A DNA stretch of 64,000 nucleotides from a virus (lineage: Duplodnaviria; Caudoviricetes). The notes below the pieces were generated by a model. The model saw only the letters and a program-made list of their open reading frames with translations, did no database searches and had not been told where the DNA came from. The stretch covers positions 60,303 to 124,302 of IMG/VR virus record IMGVR_UViG_3300011423_000006. One strand, given 5' to 3'. This document shows positions 26,304-36,097 of the stretch, piece after piece (position 1 is the first letter of the stretch; each line of letters opens with the position of its first letter). The translations under genes were made by a program, and so were the position numbers.

Positions 26304-29300
26304 ATGCTAGTTTAATATAAGAGATGTGACTTTCTTTAGAAATAATTAATGGCTCTCCCCCGCCCGAATCATCGGCCCCGCTATGTAAAGCATATGGTTG
26401 CACGTTGATAGGACCAGTTAAAGAAGCAATTGTTCGTAATATATATTGGTCGTTAGCTTGTCGGAAAGGAGTAATTGTATTCGCAACATCGGCGGCGGAA
26501 GTAGTATCTCTAAATTTTACAAAGATATGGCTACAAGTTGAACCGTGAGTTGTGCCAAATATAAAATCAAGTAAATAAGTAGCCGTTCCTGCCGGAATAC
26601 TTAAAATTGGGCTATTAGAACCAAATGCTACTGCGGTCCATGTTGGTGCGCTTGTTCCGTCCCCGCCAAAAGGAATAGTAAAATTACTTCCCCCGCCATA
26701 AGTGATAGCAGAAGTATTATCAACTCCCGCCCCCGAAACTCCCGAAGTCCCCGCTGTTCCACTTGTGCCCGAACTTCCTGAAGTGCCATTTGTTCCATTC
26801 GCCCCGCCCGCGCCGGTTGCCCCCGTCGCGCCGGTTGCGCCAGTTGCCCCCAAATCTCCTGTTCTTGAAAAAGAAATTATAATATTTTCATTATTAGCAA
26901 AAAATCCATCGCTACTTGATACATAAGTTACGTTTAATTTAATATATCCAGTTGCGCTTGTATTGGCGGCAGTTATATTAAAAATAACAAAAACAGTAGG
27001 ATCAAATTCACGATATAAACGAATGCTACCTTTGATTGTCGAGGTACTATCGTCTAAAGCCGCTATCCAAGAGCTTCTAATATCGGTGCCGTCTTCGTTT
27101 TCATCGTCAATATAAATTTGAGTTACGTCAGTAGAAAAATCTACGTCATTAAATCTTAAAAATCCACTTCCGGGGTCGCTATCAGTGATTGAATCACTAA
27201 ATTGATATTTTTGACTATTGCCACCAAAGACTCCATTTTGTCCTGACGTTCCAGATGTACCAGATGCTCCAGAAATTCCAGATGTTCCCGAAGTCCCGCT
27301 TGTGCCCGAACTACCCGAACTACCCGAACTACCTGACGTTCCTGATGTTCCCGATGCCCCCGAAACACCCGAACTACCAGAGCTTCCAGATGAACCGTTA
27401 AATGGAGCGATTGTAGGTGTGCTAGAAATTGTTGCGGTAACATCGGTAGATAAAAATTCAAGTTTCCAATTTCCACTCAATAAATTTTGGTTTAACCAAC
27501 CAACAGAAACTTCCGTTAAAGCAATTTTAGGATAATGCCATACTGTGCCAGTCGTTCCTAATAAAATATGATAATTTGGAATTACCATATTAGTCCCACT
27601 ATAAGCAAATTGCACGCCACTAAAAGGAGCACTACCACGAATAGAAGCAGAAGTGTTAAACCATCCTGTACTTCCTACGTCAGCATAATTATATCCCCCC
27701 AACATAATATCCCATGCGCCTTGGCCCGCCGCATAAGTATATCCTTGCAAACGTATATTCGACATGTTGAACCGCGTACCACTTGGAAAGGTAAGCATAC
27801 AATATCCCGTTATAGGATTTGTTGTCCCAAAAGTGTCACTGGATATTCCTGTTAAATTTTCGTAACGCCAAAAACCATCGGCTCCACCTAGTTGAGTTAC
27901 TTGCTTTTTATGGAAAAGAATATCGCCCGCTTCTTCTGTTATTGGGGCGTCTCCGATGGCGTCTCCCGAAGTAAATTTAACTAAACGATTAACAGTACCA
28001 CTAATAACAGGATTTAAATCCCTTGACGCTCTAATATTAGATAAACTAGGAGACAAACTATTAACTTCTCGTCCGATATTTTCGTTACTACGATAATAAA
28101 GGCATCCAGTAACATTTTGAATTACATATAAACTATTTTGGGTAGGAACAGTTTGATTATCTCCTAATTCATTATTTAATAGCCAAATTCTATCGGCGTT
28201 TACCATCACAACAGAACTTGAAGCGGTACTTTGTCCATTATTAACAATTCGATTGTTTTTAATTGTCGTTTCCCCGGACATGGTAGTATTGATTAATCTT
28301 ATACCGTCTAATTTGGCTTTTTCAATTATACTATTTTCAATACTTACTTTATGAGTAGGATAAATTGGATTAGAAACGGCAAGAGAAAGAATTCCATAAT
28401 TTAAAGCATTTTTAATATTTAAATTTCTAAATTCTGTGTTTTCAATGCTACGATAAAATAAAATTCCAGCAGTATCAGACACCAACCCATCAACGATAAA
28501 ATTCTTAACTCCAGTGGTATTAGAACTATGATAATAAGCGTATATTGCGCCCACGCCTGTTAAACTGCTTTTAACAACTTCGTTCTTAAAAATAAAACTT
28601 ACATTACTATTTGCAGGAGCGCCAATTATTCCAAATTGAACCGCCGATGTAATTGACGTACCAGTAAAAGTATTTAAATTATAAGTGTTATTGCTGAAAA
28701 CGGCTTGGCCCGGACGAATATTAGTTGATCTTGCAAATGCACTTACTAATCCATTATCGAAATTACGGCTCGCGTAAAAATTATTATTAGAAATTTTAAA
28801 ATTAGGACCGCAATTTTCAGTGAAAGTAAAACAATAACTACTATCATTAAAATTCCCAACATCTGAATTTGAAAGCGTTCCGTTGTCGCCGCCAAATCCT
28901 ACGCCACCGGGAATAATACATTGATCGACTTTATAATGTTCGCTATTTCCGTGAAAATCTAATGCATATCCAATCCCAACGTTGCTAAGATGACATTTAT
29001 CAATTAAAATATCACGATTTACAACACAACCATATCCGGTTGCCCCACCAAATGAAATTACATGACGAGTTGTTTCTCCGTGACAGTCTGTAATAAATAC
29101 TTTTTGAGCATTACCAATAGCAAGACCATAGTTGTTTCCAACACTAGGCTGAGAATCTAAAAATCGGCATTTTGAAAAATGCAAATTATAGCCTCGATCA
29201 ACATAAATATTAGCATATTGACTATCCGCGCAATGGACATTATCAAAAACTACGTCTTCAACACAAGATAATTGCATTCCCGCTATTGAGGCACCCAAAC

Positions 29301-32300
29301 CCGCTTTGAAGTTTAAAGCAATATCGCGCACTTCTAAAGACGCAGAGTTTAATTTGAAAAGTTGAAATGACGCCCCGGTTCCATAACTGTCATAAAGCGG
29401 TTGAGTTAATGCGACCGCCGCACTACCTGAAATTTTTCCAACTTTGCAATATTCACCCGCGTAATAAAAAAATCTCGCAGGATTAAAACCACTTTGTTGC
29501 GTATTATGAATTATAAATACATCGCCAGTACTTAAACTATGAGGGGAACTAAAAGTAATAACATTTGCGCCCGACACCACATTACCACTTAAAGACGGAA
29601 GCGTAGTTAAAAATCCCGATCTATGCATTCCAACATTAGTTCCTAAATCAAAATTTAGAAAAGTTTTATTTGGGCCGTCTCCGAAGAAACTTGTGACACC
29701 GGTAATACCACTTAATATGTAGGTTCCAGCGGGGAAGAAAACAGTTTTGCTTCCTGTTAAAGCGGTATTAAAAGCTGTTTGCACAGCCGCATTATCGTTA
29801 TTAAATCCATCTCCAATAGCTCCATGAGCCTTGACATTAATAAAATAATCTAAAACCGATGTTCCCGATGAACCACCAGTGCCCGAACTTCCTGAGCTTC
29901 CAGAACTTCCCGATGAACCACTTGACCCCGAGCTTCCTGATGTTCCCGATGTTCCCGAGGCCCCGGAACTACCGGAACTACCAGAGCTACCATTAAAAGG
30001 CGAAATACTAGGAGTCGATGAAATCGTTAATCCATTTTCTGAATCTAAGAAATCAATTGCAAAATCGCCCGATAAAGCCGCTTGGTTGAGATATCCCACA
30101 TAAACATCTTCGACGGCAATTTTAGGATAACTCCAAACGGTACCGGTGTTTCCCAATAAAATATGAAAATTCGCAATAGGTAAATGTGTGCCACTGGAAG
30201 CAAATCTGACTCCAGTAAATGGAGCATTACCCCGAATTGAAGCAGAAGGGTTAAACCAGCCCGTAACTTGACCAACACCCGACTGAGAATAAAGATAACC
30301 ACCAATCATGACTTCCCAAGCTCCCTGACTGCTATTATATGTATAACCCCTGATGATTGAATTGATTATATTAAAACGAGTGCCACTTGGGAAACGTATT
30401 GATAATACACCAGTTAAATTTAAATTAATATCATCACTATAAGCTAAACAATTTTCATGTTTCCAGAATCCATCGGCCCCCCCTAATTTACTAATAGTTT
30501 TTCCAGTAGTAATAAAATGGCCGTTTTCTTCAGAAACGTTAGAACTAGTTGGTAATAAATTATTAAATTTAACTAATTGATTATTATTGCCGGAAAAAGC
30601 GGGCATTACGCTATACCATCCCGTCGAAACTGGAATTGCTCCGTTTCCTCCCGCTTTAAAATAAAACATTGAAGTTGGAGTACAATCCGTTCTACGATAA
30701 GTTGCTCTGCCAGCGATACCCGAAACTACACCTTCCGGGCTTCCCGCTCCTTCCAAATCCCCTTCAGCATTACCTATATTTGCCCAAGTAAAACTACGTC
30801 CTCCACTAATAGCCGTATTCCCATTCCATTCTAACGATCTTGCTCCGACGATATTCCATGCTGTTCCGTTAAGAGCGGGAGCATTAAATAAACAATTTTT
30901 AACAATAAATCTCTCATTAACAACTACAGCTATTGCACTATTTCCGGGTCCAATGGTAGTAACGCTTGTATTGTATAAAGCAATTGCTCCATTAATTAAA
31001 CTCGTAGCATAAAACCCATTATTTCTAATACTATGAATTGTATCCGAAGTAAAAGAAGCAAATCCACCCGAAGAAAAATTTTGCATTTCTACGGCCCCCG
31101 CGCTTGTACTAGGAGCACTACCAAAGTAATAATTATTAGAACTTTTAATATTTCCCGCCGCATTTGTTATTTGTAACGCGCGTCCTGATGGATTATAACA
31201 AAAATTAGAATCTAAAATTACATCTTTATAACTATCTGCTAATCCGGTGCCCCGTCCTGCAATTCGTATAGCTGGCACATTTCCTACGTGAAAAATTCTA
31301 TTATTACTTATAATAGCACGACCATAATCTAATTCGGCATTACCTAAAACACGATTTACATCAACTAAAATACCGCCAATTCCTTCTGTGAGCCCAATAC
31401 CAGTATAAATTCCAGAAACAAAATTTCCTTCGATTACAGGAGAGAGACTGTTTTGACATTTGATTGTTGCATATTGACTATCAATAAATTGATTATTACG
31501 AATTATTCCTTTTGCTGTTCCTTCATAAAAATCAATAGCTCCAATATGATTTGAATTACCGGAACGAGGATAACTTTGACCAATTTTTTCAAAATAACAA
31601 TTTTCAATAATAGGCGTAATGATTGTATTAGTTGAAAGTTGGCCTCCAAAAATAAAACCACCGGGAGCTTTAGCCGTATCACTTGGGTAACTTGTTTGAA
31701 CAACTCGACAATTTGAAATATAAAAATGAGGATTTATATTACTTGTTACGATAGATACTGCAATAGCCGCCGATAATTCTGATGGACTTGCAAGATAATT
31801 ACCGCCGTGTTCAGCCCCATCAATAAAATTTACATGATCGATATATACGCTGGTCTTTGTAGCAAGGTCCATAATACCAGCGTAAGTATAATTTGTAATA
31901 TTTACATTACGAATATGCATTCCGCTGGAGTTAATTGATAAACAAGCGTATCTACTATTACTAACTCCAGTTAAAACTTGTTGTGATTTATTACCATCTA
32001 AAGTTCCGCCCTCAAAAACCGCACTACAAGGGACGGTATAACTAATCATGTTACTAACTCCGGTCCCTTTATGTTTTAGTCTTGCTCCTTGGGCTAATAA
32101 AAATCCCACATCTTTACTAACAATTAAATTATCTAGAATATAAATTCCAGAAGAAACATAAATTATACTTTTAGGAGGGGCGGCGGTGATTGTTGCGGCA
32201 AACGAAGTTGTATCATTTGTAAAATCATCTCCCAAAGCCCCATAATCTCTTACATGATAATAAATATCAGTTCCAGAACTTCCGCTACTTCCCCCGGTTC

Positions 32301-33981
32301 CAGACGTACCGCTTGATCCAGCACTACCCGCTGTTCCAGAGCTACCATTAAAAGGAGCGGGAGTTATTGTATCCGTAACCGTAATTCCATTTTCACTATT
32401 AAGTAGATTTATATCATATAATCCGCTCCAATATTCTTGGTTTGCTTCGCCAGCATATAAATCACTAATACAAATTTGCGGATTTGTCCAAACCGTTCCA
32501 GTATTACCTAATAAAATACAAAAACCGGTGTTATCATATCCGAGGCGAACGTTAGAAAAAGGCGGCGTTCCTTTAATGTGACCAGTATGATTTACCCAGA
32601 CATTGGCGGCTCCACCCCAATTAGGATTGCCTCCTAAATCTAAATCCCATACTGAAGTATCAGAGGTATAATTAAACCCGATAATCTTCATTCGCATGAA
32701 AGATTGAATTGCTGTGGTTCCAGTGGCGGGAGTTCTAATTCTTATAGTTCCTGTAGACGAAGACGTAAAAGCAGCATAAGAAGCAACGTTTTCATATCTC
32801 CAAAATTGAAAATCTTGATTTCCAAATTTGTTGATCATTTTTCCACTCTCAACTACCAAACTTCCTTTTGATTCTGATAAAATAGAATTAGTAATTAAAT
32901 TACGGTCGGTAAATTTAGGGAAATAACCCGCCATACCAGTATTACTTACTTCAACAACTCGCGCCCCCGTCCAATATAAATCTCCGCTAAGATTATAAAT
33001 GCGACTCGTAGTAGTTGATGGAGTTACAGTTTGAGGATGCAAAACATTCGGGCTTTGAAAAGTTTGCTCGCCGGTAAATGTATTTGGTAAAAATTTATTT
33101 GGAAAAATTACTGTATTTGGAATATAGTTACGTTGCCATACTCCAAATTCATTAGCGTAAGTTGTGTAAGTCCCAGAAGGGAAATTAGCGGTAAATCTTA
33201 CTCCAAGCACAGTTGCTTGCCAAGTATTACGAGTCCCAATCCAAGTAGTGGTTCCAATCCAATTGGCACTATTAGGAGCTTCGTTATTAATAACTCCCCA
33301 AATACCACCAGTAAATATTTCTACCACCATCCCGGTAGGCCGATTAGTACCAAAACGATGAATATAAAAAGGATACCAATTGGCACTATTCGCGTGAGCT
33401 AAATTTAAGCCCGAAAATTCTATTGTAAAAAATGGAGTATTGGTTGTACCGTTAGTATTAATAATTGCAATAGAGGTTGAATATCCTGAAATATTGGCTA
33501 TATTTTCATTTTTATAAAGTGCTTGCGGCGATTCTAAATGCAAGTCGCCGGTTGTAACAGTAACCCGCCCCCCTCTTTCGGTATAATGAGCTAGGACGTT
33601 ATGAGTTTTTCCGCCCATAATTCCATTAGAAGCGTCAGTTTCGTTGTTGCCTTTAGTTAAACCGGGTAAATAAAGAAAATCTGCTCCGGTAACAGGAGAA
33701 ATAATTCCTGATACTCTTTGAAACATGTCGCCGCCGTCGCGACCAGATGAACCGGCGCTTCCCGATGTTCCCGAAGTGCCAGAAGACCCCGCCGTTCCAG
33801 AAGAACCCGAAGTAGTTGCCGAATTGTCTCCAACAGTTTGAACAACCCACAACCCACTAATTCTGATATAACGGTCTTTAGTGTCCCACTCGTCAAAAAC
33901 CCCACCGTCCATGACGTTGTTTGGTTTTACGTCAAGACTAGTTCCAAAAAACCGATCCCCGGCATAGCGCACGATTGGCAT
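26302..33981 (-). CDS. giant tail fibre/spike (2559 aa) with two pectate-lyase-like beta-helix domains, three repeated ~200-aa domains and Gly-Ser/Thr triplet tracts
   Basis: HVRDYGALGDDFTND and NVKAHGAIGDGFNND...FFPAGTY beta-helix starts; repeated ILLG.TGTVW..P.I domain; GSS/GTS repeats. Confidence 0.85.
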   Translation of the reverse strand: MPIVRYAGDRFFGTSLDVKPNNVMDGGVFDEWDTKDRYIRISGLWVVQTVGDNSATTSGSSGTAGSSGTSGTSGSAGSSGRDGGDMFQRVSGIISPVTGADFLYLPGLTKGNNETDASNGIMGGKTHNVLAHYTERGGRVTVTTGDLHLESPQALYKNENIANISGYSTSIAIINTNGTTNTPFFTIEFSGLNLAHANSANWYPFYIHRFGTNRPTGMVVEIFTGGIWGVINNEAPNSANWIGTTTWIGTRNTWQATVLGVRFTANFPSGTYTTYANEFGVWQRNYIPNTVIFPNKFLPNTFTGEQTFQSPNVLHPQTVTPSTTTSRIYNLSGDLYWTGARVVEVSNTGMAGYFPKFTDRNLITNSILSESKGSLVVESGKMINKFGNQDFQFWRYENVASYAAFTSSSTGTIRIRTPATGTTAIQSFMRMKIIGFNYTSDTSVWDLDLGGNPNWGGAANVWVNHTGHIKGTPPFSNVRLGYDNTGFCILLGNTGTVWTNPQICISDLYAGEANQEYWSGLYDINLLNSENGITVTDTITPAPFNGSSGTAGSAGSSGTSGTGGSSGSSGTDIYYHVRDYGALGDDFTNDTTSFAATITAAPPKSIIYVSSGIYILDNLIVSKDVGFLLAQGARLKHKGTGVSNMISYTVPCSAVFEGGTLDGNKSQQVLTGVSNSRYACLSINSSGMHIRNVNITNYTYAGIMDLATKTSVYIDHVNFIDGAEHGGNYLASPSELSAAIAVSIVTSNINPHFYISNCRVVQTSYPSDTAKAPGGFIFGGQLSTNTIITPIIENCYFEKIGQSYPRSGNSNHIGAIDFYEGTAKGIIRNNQFIDSQYATIKCQNSLSPVIEGNFVSGIYTGIGLTEGIGGILVDVNRVLGNAELDYGRAIISNNRIFHVGNVPAIRIAGRGTGLADSYKDVILDSNFCYNPSGRALQITNAAGNIKSSNNYYFGSAPSTSAGAVEMQNFSSGGFASFTSDTIHSIRNNGFYATSLINGAIALYNTSVTTIGPGNSAIAVVVNERFIVKNCLFNAPALNGTAWNIVGARSLEWNGNTAISGGRSFTWANIGNAEGDLEGAGSPEGVVSGIAGRATYRRTDCTPTSMFYFKAGGNGAIPVSTGWYSVMPAFSGNNNQLVKFNNLLPTSSNVSEENGHFITTGKTISKLGGADGFWKHENCLAYSDDINLNLTGVLSIRFPSGTRFNIINSIIRGYTYNSSQGAWEVMIGGYLYSQSGVGQVTGWFNPSASIRGNAPFTGVRFASSGTHLPIANFHILLGNTGTVWSYPKIAVEDVYVGYLNQAALSGDFAIDFLDSENGLTISSTPSISPFNGSSGSSGSSGASGTSGTSGSSGSSGSSGSSGSSGSSGTGGSSGTSVLDYFINVKAHGAIGDGFNNDNAAVQTAFNTALTGSKTVFFPAGTYILSGITGVTSFFGDGPNKTFLNFDLGTNVGMHRSGFLTTLPSLSGNVVSGANVITFSSPHSLSTGDVFIIHNTQQSGFNPARFFYYAGEYCKVGKISGSAAVALTQPLYDSYGTGASFQLFKLNSASLEVRDIALNFKAGLGASIAGMQLSCVEDVVFDNVHCADSQYANIYVDRGYNLHFSKCRFLDSQPSVGNNYGLAIGNAQKVFITDCHGETTRHVISFGGATGYGCVVNRDILIDKCHLSNVGIGYALDFHGNSEHYKVDQCIIPGGVGFGGDNGTLSNSDVGNFNDSSYCFTFTENCGPNFKISNNNFYASRNFDNGLVSAFARSTNIRPGQAVFSNNTYNLNTFTGTSITSAVQFGIIGAPANSNVSFIFKNEVVKSSLTGVGAIYAYYHSSNTTGVKNFIVDGLVSDTAGILFYRSIENTEFRNLNIKNALNYGILSLAVSNPIYPTHKVSIENSIIEKAKLDGIRLINTTMSGETTIKNNRIVNNGQSTASSSVVMVNADRIWLLNNELGDNQTVPTQNSLYVIQNVTGCLYYRSNENIGREVNSLSPSLSNIRASRDLNPVISGTVNRLVKFTSGDAIGDAPITEEAGDILFHKKQVTQLGGADGFWRYENLTGISSDTFGTTNPITGYCMLTFPSGTRFNMSNIRLQGYTYAAGQGAWDIMLGGYNYADVGSTGWFNTSASIRGSAPFSGVQFAYSGTNMVIPNYHILLGTTGTVWHYPKIALTEVSVGWLNQNLLSGNWKLEFLSTDVTATISSTPTIAPFNGSSGSSGSSGVSGASGTSGTSGSSGSSGSSGTSGTSGTSGISGASGTSGTSGQNGVFGGNSQKYQFSDSITDSDPGSGFLRFNDVDFSTDVTQIYIDDENEDGTDIRSSWIAALDDSTSTIKGSIRLYREFDPTVFVIFNITAANTSATGYIKLNVTYVSSSDGFFANNENIIISFSRTGDLGATGATGATGATGAGGANGTNGTSGSSGTSGTAGTSGVSGAGVDNTSAITYGGGSNFTIPFGGDGTSAPTWTAVAFGSNSPILSIPAGTATYLLDFIFGTTHGSTCSHIFVKFRDTTSAADVANTITPFRQANDQYILRTIASLTGPINVQPYALHSGADDSGGGEPLIISKESHISYIKLA
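26725..26859 (-). repeat. collagen-like Gly-X-Y tract (GAT/GTS)
   Basis: GATGATGATGATGAGGANGTNGTSGSSGTSGTAGTSGVSG in the protein. Confidence 0.85.
27233..27399 (-). repeat. (Gly-Ser/Thr-Ser)n tract
   Basis: NGSSGSSGSSGVSGASGTSGTSG... encoded by degenerate 9-bp repeats. Confidence 0.9.
29858..29994 (-). repeat. (Gly-Ser/Thr-Ser)n tract
   Basis: NGSSGSSGSSGASGTSGTSGSSG... Confidence 0.9.
32269..32349 (-). repeat. (Gly-Ser/Thr-X)n tract
   Basis: NGSSGTAGSAGSSGTSGTGGSSGSSGT. Confidence 0.9.
33742..33815 (-). repeat. (Gly-Ser/Thr-X)n tract
   Basis: TTSGSSGTAGSSGTSGTSGSAGSSG. Confidence 0.9.
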
Positions 33982-34008
33982 TTTTAATTCCTTTTACCTT
34001 AACTATAT

Positions 34009-34015
34009 ATTACAC
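34009..34015 (-). promoter_or_regulatory. GTGTAAT putative late promoter for the giant fibre gene
   Basis: GTGTAATATATAGTTAAGGTAAAAGG...ATG; overlaps the upstream stop codon. Confidence 0.6.
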
Positions 34016-36097
34016 TAAATTATTTGATTTTAGTGTTTTTATAACTGTTTCTGGAGTAATAGACTTAGAACAAACAAAATCTTGATTTCGGGGGCACCAT
34101 TTCCAGTTTCCGGGGTCAAACCTATGGTTTTGATCATTCCAGCAACTATTACATAAATAATTGTTATGAATACGAATACAATCGAACTCATTCCAAGGGG
34201 CCGTAAACCCAGAAATCATTACAACCTTCTTACCTAAGGCCCAAGCTAACCAAGGAACGCCCGAACTAACTCCAATAACAAATTCAGCATGTCTTAAATA
34301 ATTAATAGCAGCTTCAATATTTTCATGAGAAAAATAATCTATATTTTTTAAATCTGTTTGTTCTTTTTGAACTAAAGCTATTTTAAATCCTTCCTTTTTG
34401 AGATAGTTGATTAAGGTTTGCCAGCCTTCAGGATGATTCCAAAATTTAGCTTGTGCGGTTGAATTTACGCTAATTGCGACGTATTTTTGAGGAATAATTC
34501 GTTTAGTAACCGGAAAATGAATTTTGGGGGCGATTTCTTTATAATCCAATCCTAAAATATCAGAGGCAATTCTTTGAAGCGGTATTGTGCGTGGGTCAGT
34601 TTTATGTCTAAATCGATCAGAAGGAACGAAAAACCCAATGTTATACATTGCATACATATCATTAACGGTCGTTCCCGGCGCGACGAACTCGATTTGTGGA
34701 TATGTGTCAACAAACAAATGATTCCAAAAAGTAGAACAAACAATCTGACAATTATGTTTTTTACGGAATTCTTCTACATAAGGAAACCATGCAATCGTGT
34801 CTCCCAAAGCTTTGCTATCTAAATGTATGTAAATTTTTTTATTGGTCGCCTCATAATAATGTTTGTGTAATATTTTTCCCTGAAGGTTTTTTACTCGTAT
34901 TTCATAATTTATAAAATATTTGAAATTAGTTTTAGACCAAGTGTTGGATTTTAATGTAGTAGAATAAAGAGTTTTTTGTTCATTTCTGTCTATGAATTCT
35001 ACATTGTAAGTATTATTAGAATATCCTTTGATTTCAAAGAAAGCTCCATCAATAAAATTAATATTAAATTCATCTTTGACGGGCTTGCTGCCAGCTTGAG
35101 GATTAAAAGAAGACGTATCGTAAATAGTTTTTAAACTTGTTTGAAACTTATTATAATTAAAAGATTCTTTAATATCTAAAACAGATTGGTAGATGTTTTC
35201 TAATTTTTTAGTAATAATTGAGTAATCATGGGCGCGGGCGGTATTTAAAGCGGCTTGATAATAACTGCTATAATCTTTTTGTATTTTTAAAATTGCTTCT
35301 TTAATTTCTTGCAAATTATGACGCGAGACTTTAACCAGTCCCGGCAATTCTGGCCCCGAATAAGTTGCAATTACCGGATTTCCGCACGCCATAGCTTCTA
35401 AAAGTGTAAGGTTGGGGTGCCCCGCTTCTAATTCACTTAAATGTAAAAAAATACTATGATTAGAATATAGATCGCGCAGTTTTTCGTCATTAAAATCATA
35501 GAGAACGCTTAATTTATTGTATGTTGGACGTAGTTTTTCAAAATAGGCTTGATTGTTTTGAGTCGGCCCCGCAATAGTTATCTCCATGTTTAATGATTGA
35601 GCAACTTTAATAGCCATTTCAAAGCCTTTTCGGTCTGCGGTTAAATCATCTGCATAACCATTGTTTGCCACACATAATAATTGTTTACCAGTAGAAGTTG
35701 GCGATGGCTTAAAAAAATTAGTATTAACTCCATGAGAAAAATAAAACGTCTTGTAAGGATGATCAAAATAATTAACTAAATATTCTGCTGGTACCAAAGA
35801 AATAATAGATTTTTGAATAGCCTTTTGGTTTTCCAGAAAACAAGACGAAGTTTTTCCCCATCGCACTGTATGATGATCGTGCATATGGAAAATATAAGGG
35901 ATATTCCTTTCGGCCAGCATTAAGGCTTGATTAGCAACATTGACATGGACAATATCATACATTCCCGGTTTAATTTCGGCGGGGTATCTAATATCACTTT
36001 TTAAATATGTAGCATATTCCCAAATAATTGATTCAATCGCTCCATAATTAGTGCGTGGAATGGGAAGAATCCCCGGATTTATTTGACAGGTTTTCAT
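34010..36097 (-). CDS. GT4 fused to a TibC/Aah-family (BAHT) protein O-heptosyltransferase
   Basis: GT4: YGAIE, RKG, EAGHPNLTLLEAMACG. BAHT: SKALGDTIAWFPYVEEFRKKH, STAQAKFWN, IGVSSGVPWLAWA, ISGFTAPWNEF, iron-finger CNSCWND...WCP...C. Confidence 0.88.
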   Translation of the reverse strand: MKTCQINPGILPIPRTNYGAIESIIWEYATYLKSDIRYPAEIKPGMYDIVHVNVANQALMLAERNIPYIFHMHDHHTVRWGKTSSCFLENQKAIQKSIISLVPAEYLVNYFDHPYKTFYFSHGVNTNFFKPSPTSTGKQLLCVANNGYADDLTADRKGFEMAIKVAQSLNMEITIAGPTQNNQAYFEKLRPTYNKLSVLYDFNDEKLRDLYSNHSIFLHLSELEAGHPNLTLLEAMACGNPVIATYSGPELPGLVKVSRHNLQEIKEAILKIQKDYSSYYQAALNTARAHDYSIITKKLENIYQSVLDIKESFNYNKFQTSLKTIYDTSSFNPQAGSKPVKDEFNINFIDGAFFEIKGYSNNTYNVEFIDRNEQKTLYSTTLKSNTWSKTNFKYFINYEIRVKNLQGKILHKHYYEATNKKIYIHLDSKALGDTIAWFPYVEEFRKKHNCQIVCSTFWNHLFVDTYPQIEFVAPGTTVNDMYAMYNIGFFVPSDRFRHKTDPRTIPLQRIASDILGLDYKEIAPKIHFPVTKRIIPQKYVAISVNSTAQAKFWNHPEGWQTLINYLKKEGFKIALVQKEQTDLKNIDYFSHENIEAAINYLRHAEFVIGVSSGVPWLAWALGKKVVMISGFTAPWNEFDCIRIHNNYLCNSCWNDQNHRFDPGNWKWCPRNQDFVCSKSITPETVIKTLKSNNLV

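Noticed and set aside
27233-29994. Short tandem repeats as a possible CRISPR array
   Set aside because: Degenerate 9-bp in-frame coding repeats without spacers; no cas genes
26702-30103. Plus-strand ORFs with PELPELPDVP repeats (26702, 27218, 29879)
   Set aside because: They are antisense readings of the Gly-Ser/Thr tracts in the fibre gene and have no independent expression signals
26302-33981. Diversity-generating retroelement acting on the fibre
   Set aside because: No reverse transcriptase in the window; the repeated domains differ broadly, not only at adenines
10506-34871. Intragenic GTGTAAT copies (10506 minus, 34865 plus)
   Set aside because: Antisense within coding regions with no downstream gene; chance copies of an AT-rich 7-mer are expected
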